A stretch of DNA of 64,000 nt, taken from the NCBI GenBank assembly GCA_034668685.1, contig JAXDPA010000099.1:4510-68509 (forward strand), read 5' to 3'. Shown here piece after piece: positions 31,110-40,391 of the stretch. The first letter of the stretch is position 1, and the number at the start of each line of letters is the position of its first letter. Source of the stretch: Sphingomonadales bacterium (GTDB lineage: Bacteria > Pseudomonadota > Alphaproteobacteria > Sphingomonadales > Sphingomonadaceae). Under the pieces are notes generated by a model. It saw nothing but the letters and a program-made list of their open reading frames with translations. It did no database searches and was not told the DNA's origin. A program made the translations under genes and the position numbers.

Positions 31110-32288
31110 ATGCCCGAAGCCTATATCGTCGCCGCCGCCCGGACGGCCGGGGGGCGGCGCAACGGGGCGCTCAGGGACTGGCACCCGGCCGACCTCGCCG
31201 CCGAAGTGCTCGATGCGCTGGTGGCGCGGGCCCGGATCGACCCGGCCGCGCTGGAGGACGTGATCATGGGCTGCGTCGGCCAGGCCGGCGAGCAGGCGTT
31301 CCATGTCGGCCGCAACGCCGTGCTCGCCTCGTCGCTGCCCATCTCCGTCCCCGCCGTCACCATCGACCGCCAGTGCGGCTCGTCGCAGCAGGCGATCCAG
31401 TTCGCCGCCCAGGCGGTGATGAGCGGCACCCAGGACCTGGTCATCGCCGCCGGGGTCGAGTCGATGACCCGGGTGCCGATGGGGCTCCCCTTCACCCTGC
31501 CCCTGCAGCACGGCATCGGCACCGGCCCCTTCTCGGACCGCATCAAGCGAAGGTTCGGGGTCGAGAGCTTCAGCCAGTTCGAAGGCGCGGAGGCGATCGC
31601 GGCCAGGCACGGCCTGGAGAAAGACGTGCTGGACGCCTTCGCGCTGGACAGCCACCGCAAGGCGGCGGCGGCGACCGAGGCCGGGGCGTTCGAAGCTGAG
31701 ATCGTTCCCGTCGAGGTGGTGCGAGAGGACGGAACGGCCGCGCTCCACACCCGCGACGAAGGCATACGCTACGACGCGACCCTGGAGGGCATCTCCTCGG
31801 TCAAGCCGCTGAAGGAAGGCGGCCACATCACCGCCGCCAACGCCTCGCAGATTTGCGACGGGGCGAGCGGTGTCGTCGTCGCATCGGCGCAGGCGGTGAA
31901 GGACCACGGCCTCTTGCCGATGGCGCGGATCGTCAATTTGACCGTCACCGGCGGCGACCCGGTGATCATGCTCGAGGAGGTGATCCCGGCGACCCGGCGG
32001 GCGCTCCAGCGCTCCGGAATGCGGATCGCGGACATCGACCTCTACGAGGTCAACGAGGCCTTCGCGCCGGTGCCGCTCGCCTGGCTGAAGGAGGTGGGCG
32101 CCGACCCGGCCCGCCTCAACGTCAACGGCGGCGCCATCGCCCTCGGCCACCCGCTCGGCGCCTCCGGCACCAAGCTGATGGCGACCTTGCTCCACGCCCT
32201 CAAGGCGCGTGGGCTACGCTACGGCCTCCAAACCATGTGCGAAGGCGGCGGCCTCGCCAACGTGACGATCGTGGAGAGGCTAGGCTAG
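31110..32288 (+). CDS. Acetyl-CoA C-acyltransferase (thiolase)
   Basis: [39 protein letters not shown]. Confidence 0.95.
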   Translation: MPEAYIVAAARTAGGRRNGALRDWHPADLAAEVLDALVARARIDPAALEDVIMGCVGQAGEQAFHVGRNAVLASSLPISVPAVTIDRQCGSSQQAIQFAAQAVMSGTQDLVIAAGVESMTRVPMGLPFTLPLQHGIGTGPFSDRIKRRFGVESFSQFEGAEAIAARHGLEKDVLDAFALDSHRKAAAATEAGAFEAEIVPVEVVREDGTAALHTRDEGIRYDATLEGISSVKPLKEGGHITAANASQICDGASGVVVASAQAVKDHGLLPMARIVNLTVTGGDPVIMLEEVIPATRRALQRSGMRIADIDLYEVNEAFAPVPLAWLKEVGADPARLNVNGGAIALGHPLGASGTKLMATLLHALKARGLRYGLQTMCEGGGLANVTIVERLG

Positions 32289-32295
32289 GCTCCCT

Positions 32296-32709
32296 TCAAC
32301 GCCGGCAGGAGTGGACGGCGACGGGACCCTCCCAGCGGACCCGGCAGCCCTGCTCCTCCGGCTCCCGCGCCGCGGCGGTGCGGGGACGGACGGGGCGGTA
32401 ATAGTCGTAGGGATAGGAGCGGTCGTAGAGATAGCGGACTCCGCCCGGCGCCGGCACGACCTCGCCGTCCTCGAAGAAGCCGCCTGACGCCTCGTCGGCA
32501 TCATCGGCGAAGGCGTAGCCTCCGTAACCGCCATAGTTGCCGTAGGGGCCACGGTGATGGCGATGGCGGCCCGGGGCCATCCACCCGCCCGGGCCAGGCC
32601 GAGGCGCTTCCGCCGGCGCGACGAAGCGCGCGGCCGACGCCGGCTGCAGGCGCGCCGCGGCGGGCGTGGCGGCGGCGAGGGCGGTCACGAGGAGCAGGGC
32701 AGCGCACAT
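32296..32709 (-). CDS. Hypothetical secreted protein with His/Gly/Tyr-rich segment
   Basis: RBS AGGAGG; signal-like leader; RHHHRGPYGNYGGYGGY; YLYDRSYPYDYY; terminal Cys pair. Confidence 0.5.
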   Translation of the reverse strand: MCAALLLVTALAAATPAAARLQPASAARFVAPAEAPRPGPGGWMAPGRHRHHRGPYGNYGGYGGYAFADDADEASGGFFEDGEVVPAPGGVRYLYDRSYPYDYYRPVRPRTAAAREPEEQGCRVRWEGPVAVHSCRR

Positions 32710-32787
32710 CTTCGGGCACCTCCTGCCGCGGCATAGCATCGGCCGCGCGCGGAGGCGACGGCCCTCTCAGCGGCAAAATGGGACAGG

Positions 32788-32984
32788 TCAGGCGGCAAGC
32801 GCCTCGTCCTGCCCATCCACCTCCAACGCGCCGCTCTGGACGACGGACAGCCGAGCTCGACCGCCGCCTCGCGCGCGTCGCCGAGCAGGCCCGGCGCAGT
32901 CCAGCCGCAGCGCGGGCAGTCCATGTCGTTGAACAATGCGGGGTGAATCGCCCATGGCCGCCCCGGCCGGCACTCGAAGCTCAT
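32788..32984 (-). CDS. Small CPRC-containing hypothetical protein, possibly frameshifted near 32850
   Basis: Strong RBS GGGGGAG; MSFECRPGRPWAIHP...DCPRCGW; a plausible C-terminus (LSVVQSGALEVDGQDEALAA*) lies in the adjacent frame. Confidence 0.45.
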
Positions 32985-33021
32985 TGCGCTCCCCCTTCAC
33001 ACACGCGACTTCACCGCGCGG

Positions 33022-33048
33022 AATGCATAATTATGCATTTCTGTGCAT
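33022..33048. promoter_or_regulatory. AT-rich operator: perfect 18-bp palindrome with three TGCAT units at 10-bp spacing
   Basis: AATGCATAATTATGCATT (33022-33039); TGCAT at 33024, 33034 and 33044 in a divergent promoter region. Confidence 0.6.
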
Positions 33049-33126
33049 ACAATGAACAAGGTCGGCCCGTCTTGCCGCGGTGGGCGCTGAGCCGCTAGAG
33101 CCGCCGCGGACCGAGGGAGACAAGCC

Positions 33127-33909
33127 ATGAAGCTCGACGACTCGATTGCCGCTGTGGTGACCGGCGCCGCCTCCGGCCTCGGCGAGGCGACCGCGCGCGC
33201 CCTGGCGCAACGCGGGGTGCGCGTTGCCGTGCTCGACAGGGATGTCGAGAAGGGCGCCAAGGTCGCCGGCGAGATCGGCGGTGTCTTCGCCCAGGTCGAC
33301 GTGACCTCCGACGAAGCGGTCGATGCCGCCCTCGCCAAGGCGCGCGAGGCCCACGGTCAGGAGCGGATCCTGGTCAATTGCGCCGGAGTGGCCAATGCCG
33401 TGAAGACCGTCGGCCGCGACAAAGCGACCGGCGAGCCCAAGGCCTACCCAATCCACCAGTTCGAACTCGCCATCCAGATCAACCTGATCGGGACCTTCCG
33501 GATGATCGCCAAGTCCGCGTTCGGAATGGTCGGCCTCGACCCGCTCGAAGACGGCGAGCGCGGCGTGATCGTCAACACCGCCTCGGTGGCGGCGCAGGAC
33601 GGGCAGATCGGCCAGGCGGCCTATTCGGCCTCGAAGGCGGGCGTGCTGGGAATGGCGCTGCCGATCGCGCGCGACCTGATGAACGAGGGAATCCGGGTCA
33701 ACACCATCCTGCCCGGCGTATTCAAGACGCCGATGGTGGCGATGATGCCGGAGAACGTCCAGGACGCGCTCGCCGCCCAGGTCCCCTTCCCCAAGAGGCT
33801 CGGCCGGCCCGAGGAATATGCCCGGCTCGCTCTTTTCATCGCCGAGAATCCGTATCTCAACGGCGAATATGTCCGCCTCGACGGCGGCATCCGCATGGCG
33901 CCGCGCTAA
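33127..33909 (+). CDS. SDR, 3-hydroxyacyl-CoA dehydrogenase type 2 (HSD10-like)
   Basis: [42 protein letters not shown]. Confidence 0.93.
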   Translation: MKLDDSIAAVVTGAASGLGEATARALAQRGVRVAVLDRDVEKGAKVAGEIGGVFAQVDVTSDEAVDAALAKAREAHGQERILVNCAGVANAVKTVGRDKATGEPKAYPIHQFELAIQINLIGTFRMIAKSAFGMVGLDPLEDGERGVIVNTASVAAQDGQIGQAAYSASKAGVLGMALPIARDLMNEGIRVNTILPGVFKTPMVAMMPENVQDALAAQVPFPKRLGRPEEYARLALFIAENPYLNGEYVRLDGGIRMAPR

Positions 33910-34394
33910 AGGTCCCAGCCGCCGTCCAGGCCCGGGTCGCAATAAGGCGGCACGAGCGGCATCAAGGCCCGGAAGAGCAATGCCGCGGCGCCGCCCGCGG
34001 CGGCGGCCGGAAGGCCGAGAACGAGCCAGCTCTCGCGCAACAGAGACGGATCGCCCGCGACCAGGCGCACCGCCTCGACCAGGCCGCAAAGCGCGCCGAC
34101 AGCCAGCCACGGCGCCCGGTTGCGAGCCCAGGCCCGCCCCCGCCCGAGCTGCCAGAGACACCCTCCCCAGAAAAACGCGAGCGCGCAGGCCGTCGGGAAG
34201 GACTGGGGCAGGATATAGACCGTACCCACGAACGCCGCGAATGGGATGAACACCATTGCAGCGAGCGCTTCACTCCACTCCCGGGTTTCGGTCAGCACGC
34301 CCAGCCAGCCGAACAGCAGGCCGCCGACATAAGTGCCGGCAACGCTCGCCAGAGCGGAGCAGAAGAGGATCCTGGCGACATGACGCAAAGGCAT
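33906..34394 (-). CDS. Hypothetical membrane protein
   Basis: Hydrophobic ORF filling the gap between two recognised genes; start uncertain. Confidence 0.45.
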   Translation of the reverse strand: MPLRHVARILFCSALASVAGTYVGGLLFGWLGVLTETREWSEALAAMVFIPFAAFVGTVYILPQSFPTACALAFFWGGCLWQLGRGRAWARNRAPWLAVGALCGLVEAVRLVAGDPSLLRESWLVLGLPAAAAGGAAALLFRALMPLVPPYCDPGLDGGWDL

Positions 34395-34514
34395 GGAAGG
34401 CTTCTTCCGCAGGCGCGTGCAGTCTCGGTGGAGCGGAGGTGGAATCCGCGCCCGCAAACGGGGGCCGTGCATTGGGCATTACGCTAACATATTGTTGCAC
34501 CTGTGAAAAAATCC

Positions 34515-34539
34515 GGAACAGTGACCCGCCCGCGGGGTT
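34515..34539 (+). promoter_or_regulatory. Putative sigma-EcfG (general stress response) promoter
   Basis: GGAAC-N17-GTT, 10 bp before the ATG of a single-domain response regulator. Confidence 0.5.
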
Positions 34540-34548
34540 TATTGATCC

Positions 34549-34932
34549 ATGTTGGGTCAATCCTCCTCGCTCGCACCGGCCGTTCTGATCGTCGACGACG
34601 AGCCGCTGATCCGGATGGCGGCGGCGGATACCGTGGCCGACGCCGGCGTCGCCTCGTTCGAGGCGGCCGACGGCGGCGAGGCGCTGGAGCTGATCGAGGA
34701 GCATCCCGAGATCGCGCTGGTCGTCACCGACGTCGAGATGCCGGGCATGGACGGAGTCACACTCGCCCGCCGAGCCTGCACGCTGAGGCCCGAGCTCGGA
34801 ATCATCGTCACCTCGGCGCGCGGCGAGGTCTCCCGTCCGGATCTGCCCCGCGGCGGCGCCTTCCTCGCCAAGCCCTATGGGACCCGCCAGCTGCTGGCGC
34901 TGATCCGCGACAAGCTCGGCCTGGTGCATTAG
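34549..34932 (+). CDS. Single-domain response regulator (receiver only)
   Basis: LIVDDE, VTDVEMPGMDG, VTS and FLAKPY motifs. Confidence 0.9.
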   Translation: MLGQSSSLAPAVLIVDDEPLIRMAAADTVADAGVASFEAADGGEALELIEEHPEIALVVTDVEMPGMDGVTLARRACTLRPELGIIVTSARGEVSRPDLPRGGAFLAKPYGTRQLLALIRDKLGLVH

Positions 34933-35002
34933 CCCCCTACCGCTGGCGGGCCGCAGTCCCTAGTCAGGCGCCGATGCGCGGGACGAGCGACAAGGGAAGA
35001 GC

Positions 35003-36919
35003 ATGACGGCGCTCGCCGGCTTCATGAGCCTCGACGGGCGTGACCCGGTCGCCCCTGTCCGCCGAATGCTGAAGGCGCAGGCGCTCTACGGCCGCGCCGA
35101 CGCGGACTGGTCGGACGGAGTCATCGCGCTCGGCCGCCGGCTCTATCCGGCCCTGCCCGAGGACCGGTTCGACCGCGGGCCCGCAATAGCGGCGAACGGC
35201 CGCCTCGCCCTCGTTGCCGACGTCCGTCTCGACAATCGCGACGAGATCGAATCGGCGCTCGGCCTCGCCGCCGAGGCGGCGCGACGCACCAGCGACGCGG
35301 CATTGCTGCTGGCGGCGCTCGAGCGCTGGGAGGAATCGGCGCTCGACCGGCTGGTCGGCGATTTCGCCTTCGCTCTCTGGGACGGGGAGAAGCGCCGGCT
35401 TCTGCTCGGCCGCGATTATGCCGGGCAGCGGCCGCTCCACTATCACCGCGGCGCCGGCTTCGTCGCGTTCGCCACGATGCCCAAGGGCCTGCACGCCCTC
35501 CCGGAGATCCCGTACCGGCTCAACGAGGAAGCGGCGCTCGGATTCCTTGCCCTGATGCCCGAGAGCGGCTCGGCCACCCTGTTCGACGGCATCGAGCGGG
35601 TCGAGCCCGGCCACGTCGTCGCCATTACTCCGTCAGGCCTGGAGCGGCGCAAATATTGGCAGCCGCGGCTCGACCCGATCCGCCTTGCGAGCGCCGGCGA
35701 CTATCAGGCCGCGATGCGCGAGCGGCTCGATCAGGCGGTCGCCGCCTGCCTGCGCGGGGCGGGAGACCGGGTCGCTGCCCATTTGAGCGCCGGGCTCGAC
35801 AGTTCGGCCGTCGCCGCCACCGCGGCGATGCTGATGCGCCCCTCGGGCGGCCGGGTCGTCGCCTACACCGCCGTCCCCCGCGAGGGCTATGAGGGCCCGT
35901 TCGTGCCCGACACGATCGGCGACGAAGGCGCGCTCGCCGCGGCGACGGCGGCGATGCATTCGAATATCGACCATGTCCTCATCACCACCGCCGGGCGAAC
36001 TCCGATCGATCATCTCGACCGCCAGTTCCTGCTCTACGATCGGCCCTTGCTGAACCTCTGCAATGCCACCTGGGCGGACGCGATCAACGACGACGCCCGT
36101 GCCCGTGGGCTCTCCGTCCTGCTCACCGGCCAGATGGGCAACATGACCTTCAGCTATGCCGGAATGGAGCGTCTCCCGGACCTGCTCGCCGGCTTCCGGC
36201 TGCTCCGCCTCGCCAGGACCGCGCTCGCCATGTTCCGCGGCGGCACCCGCGCCGGGACGATCGCGGCGCAGACGATCGGCCCGTTCCTGCCGCGGCCCCT
36301 CTGGCGGGCGATCGGCCGGCTGCGCGGCGGCGGCAAGGGCCTCGCCGATTATTCGCTGGTTCGGGCCGAGGAGGCGGCGCTGCAGGAACGCGCCGGGCGC
36401 CGCGGCCTCGATCTCTCCTACCGGCCGCGCCGCGACCCCGCCGGCACGCGCCTGTGGGTCCTCGCCCGAACCGATCCGGGAACGATGCACAAGGGGATCC
36501 TGGCCGGCTGGGGCCTCGACATGCGCGACCCGACCGCCGACCGCCGGCTGATGGAATTCTGCCTGCGCGTCCCCGCCGAGCAATATCTGTTGGGTGGCAC
36601 GCCTCGGGCGCTGGCCCGCCAGGGTCTCGCCGACCGTCTTCCGGCGGCGGTGCTCAGCGAGCGTCTCAAGGGGCTCCAGGCGAGCGACTGGCACGAAGGC
36701 CTCACCGCCGCCCGGCCGGCGCTTGCCGAGGCGGTGGAGGCGCTCGCCCGCTCCCCCGCCGCCGCCTCCGCACTCGACCTCGATCGGCTTCGGCGCCTGC
36801 TTGCCGACTGGCCGGAGGGCCGCTGGGCGGACAAGGCGGTCGTCCAGCATTACCGCCTCGCGTTGCTGCGCGGCATCGCCGCCGGCCACTTCATCCGCAA
36901 GGTGACGGGCTCGAACTAA
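35003..36919 (+). CDS. Asparagine synthetase B-like / lasso-cyclase-like adenylating enzyme lacking N-terminal Cys
   Basis: Ntn-like N-domain (RLDNRDE, GDFAFALWD, RD..G.RPL), HLSAGLDSS PP-loop, LLTGQMGN, RDPT.DRRL; starts MTALAG instead of MCGI. Confidence 0.85.
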   Translation: MTALAGFMSLDGRDPVAPVRRMLKAQALYGRADADWSDGVIALGRRLYPALPEDRFDRGPAIAANGRLALVADVRLDNRDEIESALGLAAEAARRTSDAALLLAALERWEESALDRLVGDFAFALWDGEKRRLLLGRDYAGQRPLHYHRGAGFVAFATMPKGLHALPEIPYRLNEEAALGFLALMPESGSATLFDGIERVEPGHVVAITPSGLERRKYWQPRLDPIRLASAGDYQAAMRERLDQAVAACLRGAGDRVAAHLSAGLDSSAVAATAAMLMRPSGGRVVAYTAVPREGYEGPFVPDTIGDEGALAAATAAMHSNIDHVLITTAGRTPIDHLDRQFLLYDRPLLNLCNATWADAINDDARARGLSVLLTGQMGNMTFSYAGMERLPDLLAGFRLLRLARTALAMFRGGTRAGTIAAQTIGPFLPRPLWRAIGRLRGGGKGLADYSLVRAEEAALQERAGRRGLDLSYRPRRDPAGTRLWVLARTDPGTMHKGILAGWGLDMRDPTADRRLMEFCLRVPAEQYLLGGTPRALARQGLADRLPAAVLSERLKGLQASDWHEGLTAARPALAEAVEALARSPAAASALDLDRLRRLLADWPEGRWADKAVVQHYRLALLRGIAAGHFIRKVTGSN

Positions 36920-36962
36920 GCGTCCGCTGGCGGGACCAGCGCGGACCCTCTATCACCGCGTC

Positions 36963-37964
36963 ATGGCGGGGGTGCTGGACGGGGTGCGGGTGATCGAGCT
37001 GGCCGGGATCGGGCCGGCCCCGTTTGCCGCGATGATGCTCGCCGACCACGGCGCCGAGGTGATCCGGGTCGAGCGCGAGGGCCGGGCACCGGTGATCCCC
37101 GCCGAATACGACATCCTCGCGCGAGGGCGCGCCAAGGTGTTGCGGCTGGACCTCCCGTCGGATGAAGGCGCGGCCGGCGTGCGAGCCCTCGCCGCCGATG
37201 CCGATGCGCTGATCGAGGGCTTCCGTCCGGGCGTGATGGAGCGGCTCGGGCTGGGCCCGGAAACGTTATGCGCGGCCAATCCTCGGCTGGTCTATGCGCG
37301 GATGACCGGCTGGGGACAGGAGGGCCCGCTCGCCGGCGCGGCCGGCCACGACATCGATTACATCGCCCTCGCCGGCGCGCTCCACACTTACGGCCGCGCC
37401 GGCGGCCCGCCGGTGCCGCCGGTCAACGCCGTCGGCGATTTCGGCGGCGGCGGCATGCTGCTCGCCTTCGGCGTCGTCGCGGCGATCCTTTCCGCGCGGG
37501 GGACCGGCCGCGGCAAGGTGATCGATTGCGCGATGGTCGACGGCGCGGCGATCCTCTCGGCGCTGACCTGGTCGCTCAAGGCGGCGGGGATGTGGCGGGA
37601 CGACCGCGGCGTCAACCTGCTCGACACCGGGAGGCCCTATTACGACGTCTACGCCTGCGCGGACGGCAAATGGCTGGCGGTCGGCGCGCTGGAGCCGCAA
37701 TTCTTCGCCGTCCTGAAGGAGAAGCTCGGCCTCGCGTCGGACCAGCACGATCCCGGCCTGCGCGCGGAGCTCGAAGCGCTCTTCGCCTCGCGGCCGCGCG
37801 ACCGATGGTGCGCCCTGCTCGAAGGCACGGACGCCTGCGTCGCGCCGATCCTGTCGCTCGCCGAGGCGCCCGATCACCCCCACAACCGCGCGCGCGGCAC
37901 CTTCGTCGAGACGGACGGCCTCCTCCAGCCGGCCCCAGCCCCGCGGTTCAGCGAGCCGATCTAG
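36963..37964 (+). CDS. CaiB/BaiF family III CoA-transferase / alpha-methylacyl-CoA racemase
   Basis: ELAGIGP, EGFRPGVMERLGLG, GHDIDY, GDFGGG. Confidence 0.92.
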   Translation: MAGVLDGVRVIELAGIGPAPFAAMMLADHGAEVIRVEREGRAPVIPAEYDILARGRAKVLRLDLPSDEGAAGVRALAADADALIEGFRPGVMERLGLGPETLCAANPRLVYARMTGWGQEGPLAGAAGHDIDYIALAGALHTYGRAGGPPVPPVNAVGDFGGGGMLLAFGVVAAILSARGTGRGKVIDCAMVDGAAILSALTWSLKAAGMWRDDRGVNLLDTGRPYYDVYACADGKWLAVGALEPQFFAVLKEKLGLASDQHDPGLRAELEALFASRPRDRWCALLEGTDACVAPILSLAEAPDHPHNRARGTFVETDGLLQPAPAPRFSEPI

Positions 37965-38296
37965 CGGTCGGCATTGTCCATGAAACGGATTTCGACCGCG
38001 GCGGGATCGAAGCCGTCGAGCAGCCGCGCGTTGACTCCCATCCGGCCGAAATCCTCGCCGAGCGTCTTCCAGTGCGTGCCGCAGCCGCAGACCGGGCAAT
38101 GGTGGATTCCGATCATCCGGTCGCCCCAGACATAAGCGATCGTGTCGCCTTCGACGCCCACCGAATCGTCGGGATAATAAGCGACCAGCCAGGCGAGCCG
38201 GGTGCAGAGCGAGCAGTTGCACGACGCCACCCACTCCGGCGGGTGCGGCACCTCGATCCGGACGGCGCCGCAATGGCAGCTGCCGAGCGCTCTCAT
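37961..38296 (-). CDS. GFA (CENP-V) family zinc protein
   Basis: GSCHCGAV, CNCSLC and HCPVCG motifs; ATGA overlap with cfa. Confidence 0.88.
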   Translation of the reverse strand: MRALGSCHCGAVRIEVPHPPEWVASCNCSLCTRLAWLVAYYPDDSVGVEGDTIAYVWGDRMIGIHHCPVCGCGTHWKTLGEDFGRMGVNARLLDGFDPAAVEIRFMDNADR

Positions 38297-39549
38297 GCCG
38301 ACCGCGCCGGCTCGAGGCCGAGCGCGTCCACCTTGGCGCGGAGGCGCTTCTCCTCCTCGAACATATAGTCGCGGGTAATCGGAGTCGCCTCTCGGCGCTT
38401 CAGGAACTGGGTCTGGTAGACGCCCATCGGCGCGTCGCGGAACATGGTGAGCGAGGCGGCGAGGTAGAATTGAAAGAGGCGGTAGAAGCCTTCGTCGTAC
38501 ATCGCGGCGATGGCCTCGCGGTTGGCGCGGTAGCGATCGTACCATTGGGCGATGGTGTGGACGTAGTGGAGCCGCCAGGTCTCGCAATCGGCCATGATCA
38601 GCTTCTCCTGCTCGCTGGCCGCGACCGTTTCGGACAAAGCGGGCAGATAGCCGCCGGGAAAGATGTATTTGAGCATGAACCGGTCGGTCGTGCCCGGCCC
38701 GCCGAGCCGCGCCATGTGGTGGACGACGGCGATCCCGTCGTCGGCGAGCAGCGACCGGATCTTCCTGAAATAGGTCCGGAAATGCGGCTGGCCGACATGC
38801 TCGAACATGCCGACCGAGACGATCCGGTCGAACCTGCCGGTGAGGTCGCGATAGTCCATCAACTCGAACTTAACCCGGTCTGAGAGGCCGAGCTCGGCGG
38901 CGCGCTGCCGGGCGAGAACGAGTTGCTCCTCGGCGAGGGTGATCCCGAGCACCTCCACGTCGGCGACCTGGGCGAGATACAGAGCAAGCCCGCCCCAGCC
39001 GCATCCGATGTCGAGTACCTTGAGCCCGGGTGTCAGACGCAGCTTCGAGGCGAGATGGGTCTTCTTGTCGAGCTGGGCGCGCTCGATCGAATGCGAAAAA
39101 TCGGTGAAATAGCCGCAGCTGTACTGGAGATCGGCGTCGAGGAAGAGCCGGTAGAAGTCGTTGCCGAGATCGTAATGGTGCGCGACGTTGCGCTGCGAGC
39201 GCTCGCGCCAGTTGAACTGGCTGAACAGGTTCCTGAGCTTGCCGCCCTTCTTCAGGAATTTGTTGGTGCCCGTGCTGTCCTCCCATTTGTGGCTGCCGCG
39301 GATGATGTTGATGAGGTCCAGCAGGTCGCCGCTCTCGACGATCAGCCGGCCGTCGCGATAGGCTTCGGCGGCGCCGAGGCCGGGGTCGCGGGCGATGTCG
39401 CGCATCACACGAGCGTCGGCGAGGCGCACCGTGACGGGCCCGAATTCCGGATCGGGCGCGCCATAATCGTAGCGCCGTCCCTTCTGATCGATCACCGTGA
39501 GCTCGCCCCGTTTCACATAGGCGCGAAGCATCCTGTCGAGCAGCAGCAT
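38293..39549 (-). CDS. cfa: Cyclopropane-fatty-acyl-phospholipid synthase
   Basis: NVAHHYDLGN, YSCGYF, LDIGCGWG, VSVGMFEHVG, KYIFPGG. Confidence 0.93.
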   Translation of the reverse strand: MLLLDRMLRAYVKRGELTVIDQKGRRYDYGAPDPEFGPVTVRLADARVMRDIARDPGLGAAEAYRDGRLIVESGDLLDLINIIRGSHKWEDSTGTNKFLKKGGKLRNLFSQFNWRERSQRNVAHHYDLGNDFYRLFLDADLQYSCGYFTDFSHSIERAQLDKKTHLASKLRLTPGLKVLDIGCGWGGLALYLAQVADVEVLGITLAEEQLVLARQRAAELGLSDRVKFELMDYRDLTGRFDRIVSVGMFEHVGQPHFRTYFRKIRSLLADDGIAVVHHMARLGGPGTTDRFMLKYIFPGGYLPALSETVAASEQEKLIMADCETWRLHYVHTIAQWYDRYRANREAIAAMYDEGFYRLFQFYLAASLTMFRDAPMGVYQTQFLKRREATPITRDYMFEEEKRLRAKVDALGLEPARSA

Positions 39550-39644
39550 ACCCTATTACTCCCTCGGTCACACAGGCTGGACCCGGAGGGTGGGCCGATC
39601 AAGCCCGGCTTGTGCGAGCGGCCGGATCGGCCTTTAACGGCGCG

Positions 39645-40391
39645 ATGAAGATCGTCGGCTCCTATGTCAGCCCCTATGTCCGCAAGGTCCTCGCCTGCCT
39701 GTGGCTGAAGGGCCTCGCCGACGACTATGAGATCGATCCGATCACCCCCTTCTTCGGCAACGGGGAATTCGAGCGGCTGAGCCCGCTTCGGCGGATCCCG
39801 GTGCTGATCGACGGCGACACGGCGCTGTGCGATTCTTCGGTGATCTGCGCCTATCTCGACGAGGCGTGGCCGGAGCCGCCGCTGCTTCCGGGGAGCCCGC
39901 GCGATCGCGCCCGGGCGCGGTGGCTGGAAGAATATGCCGACACGCGGCTCGGCGACGTGTTCATCTGGGGCCTGTTCTACCAGAAGTTCGTACGGCCCGC
40001 CGTGTTCGGCGAGGCCGGCGACACGGCGCGCGTCGAGGCGATCCTCGCCGAGGATCTGCCGCGCGAGCTGGACTATCTCGAGAGCCAGCTGCCGCCGGAC
40101 CGCTTCCTGTTCGGCGATCGGATCGGCCTCGCCGACATCGCTATCGCCACCTTCTTCCGCAACGGCGCTTATGTCGGCGTCGAGCCCGATCCGGCGCGAT
40201 GGCCGCGCACCGCCGGCTTCGTCGCGCGGACGCTCGCGCACCCGTGCTTCGTCTTCACCCTGCCCTTCGAGCAGGCGCAGATCGCGACCGATCCCAAGGG
40301 CCGGCGCAAGGCGCTGCTCGCCGCCGGCGCCCCGCTCAGCGCGGAGACGATGGGGACTCGCGAGCCCCGGCCGGGCGTGATGCGGCTCTAG
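39645..40391 (+). CDS. Glutathione S-transferase family protein
   Basis: SPYVRKV, SPLRRIPVL, DSSVIC.YLD and GLADIA motifs. Confidence 0.9.
   Translation: MKIVGSYVSPYVRKVLACLWLKGLADDYEIDPITPFFGNGEFERLSPLRRIPVLIDGDTALCDSSVICAYLDEAWPEPPLLPGSPRDRARARWLEEYADTRLGDVFIWGLFYQKFVRPAVFGEAGDTARVEAILAEDLPRELDYLESQLPPDRFLFGDRIGLADIAIATFFRNGAYVGVEPDPARWPRTAGFVARTLAHPCFVFTLPFEQAQIATDPKGRRKALLAAGAPLSAETMGTREPRPGVMRL

Noticed and set aside
34933-37000. Lasso peptide cluster around the AsnB-like gene
   Set aside because: No precursor with a T(-2)/G1 pattern, leader peptidase or RRE in the flanking DNA.
40336-40391. 56-bp convergent overlap of the ROK kinase and GST genes
   Set aside because: Most simply a lost stop codon extending a non-conserved tail; common in high-GC genomes.
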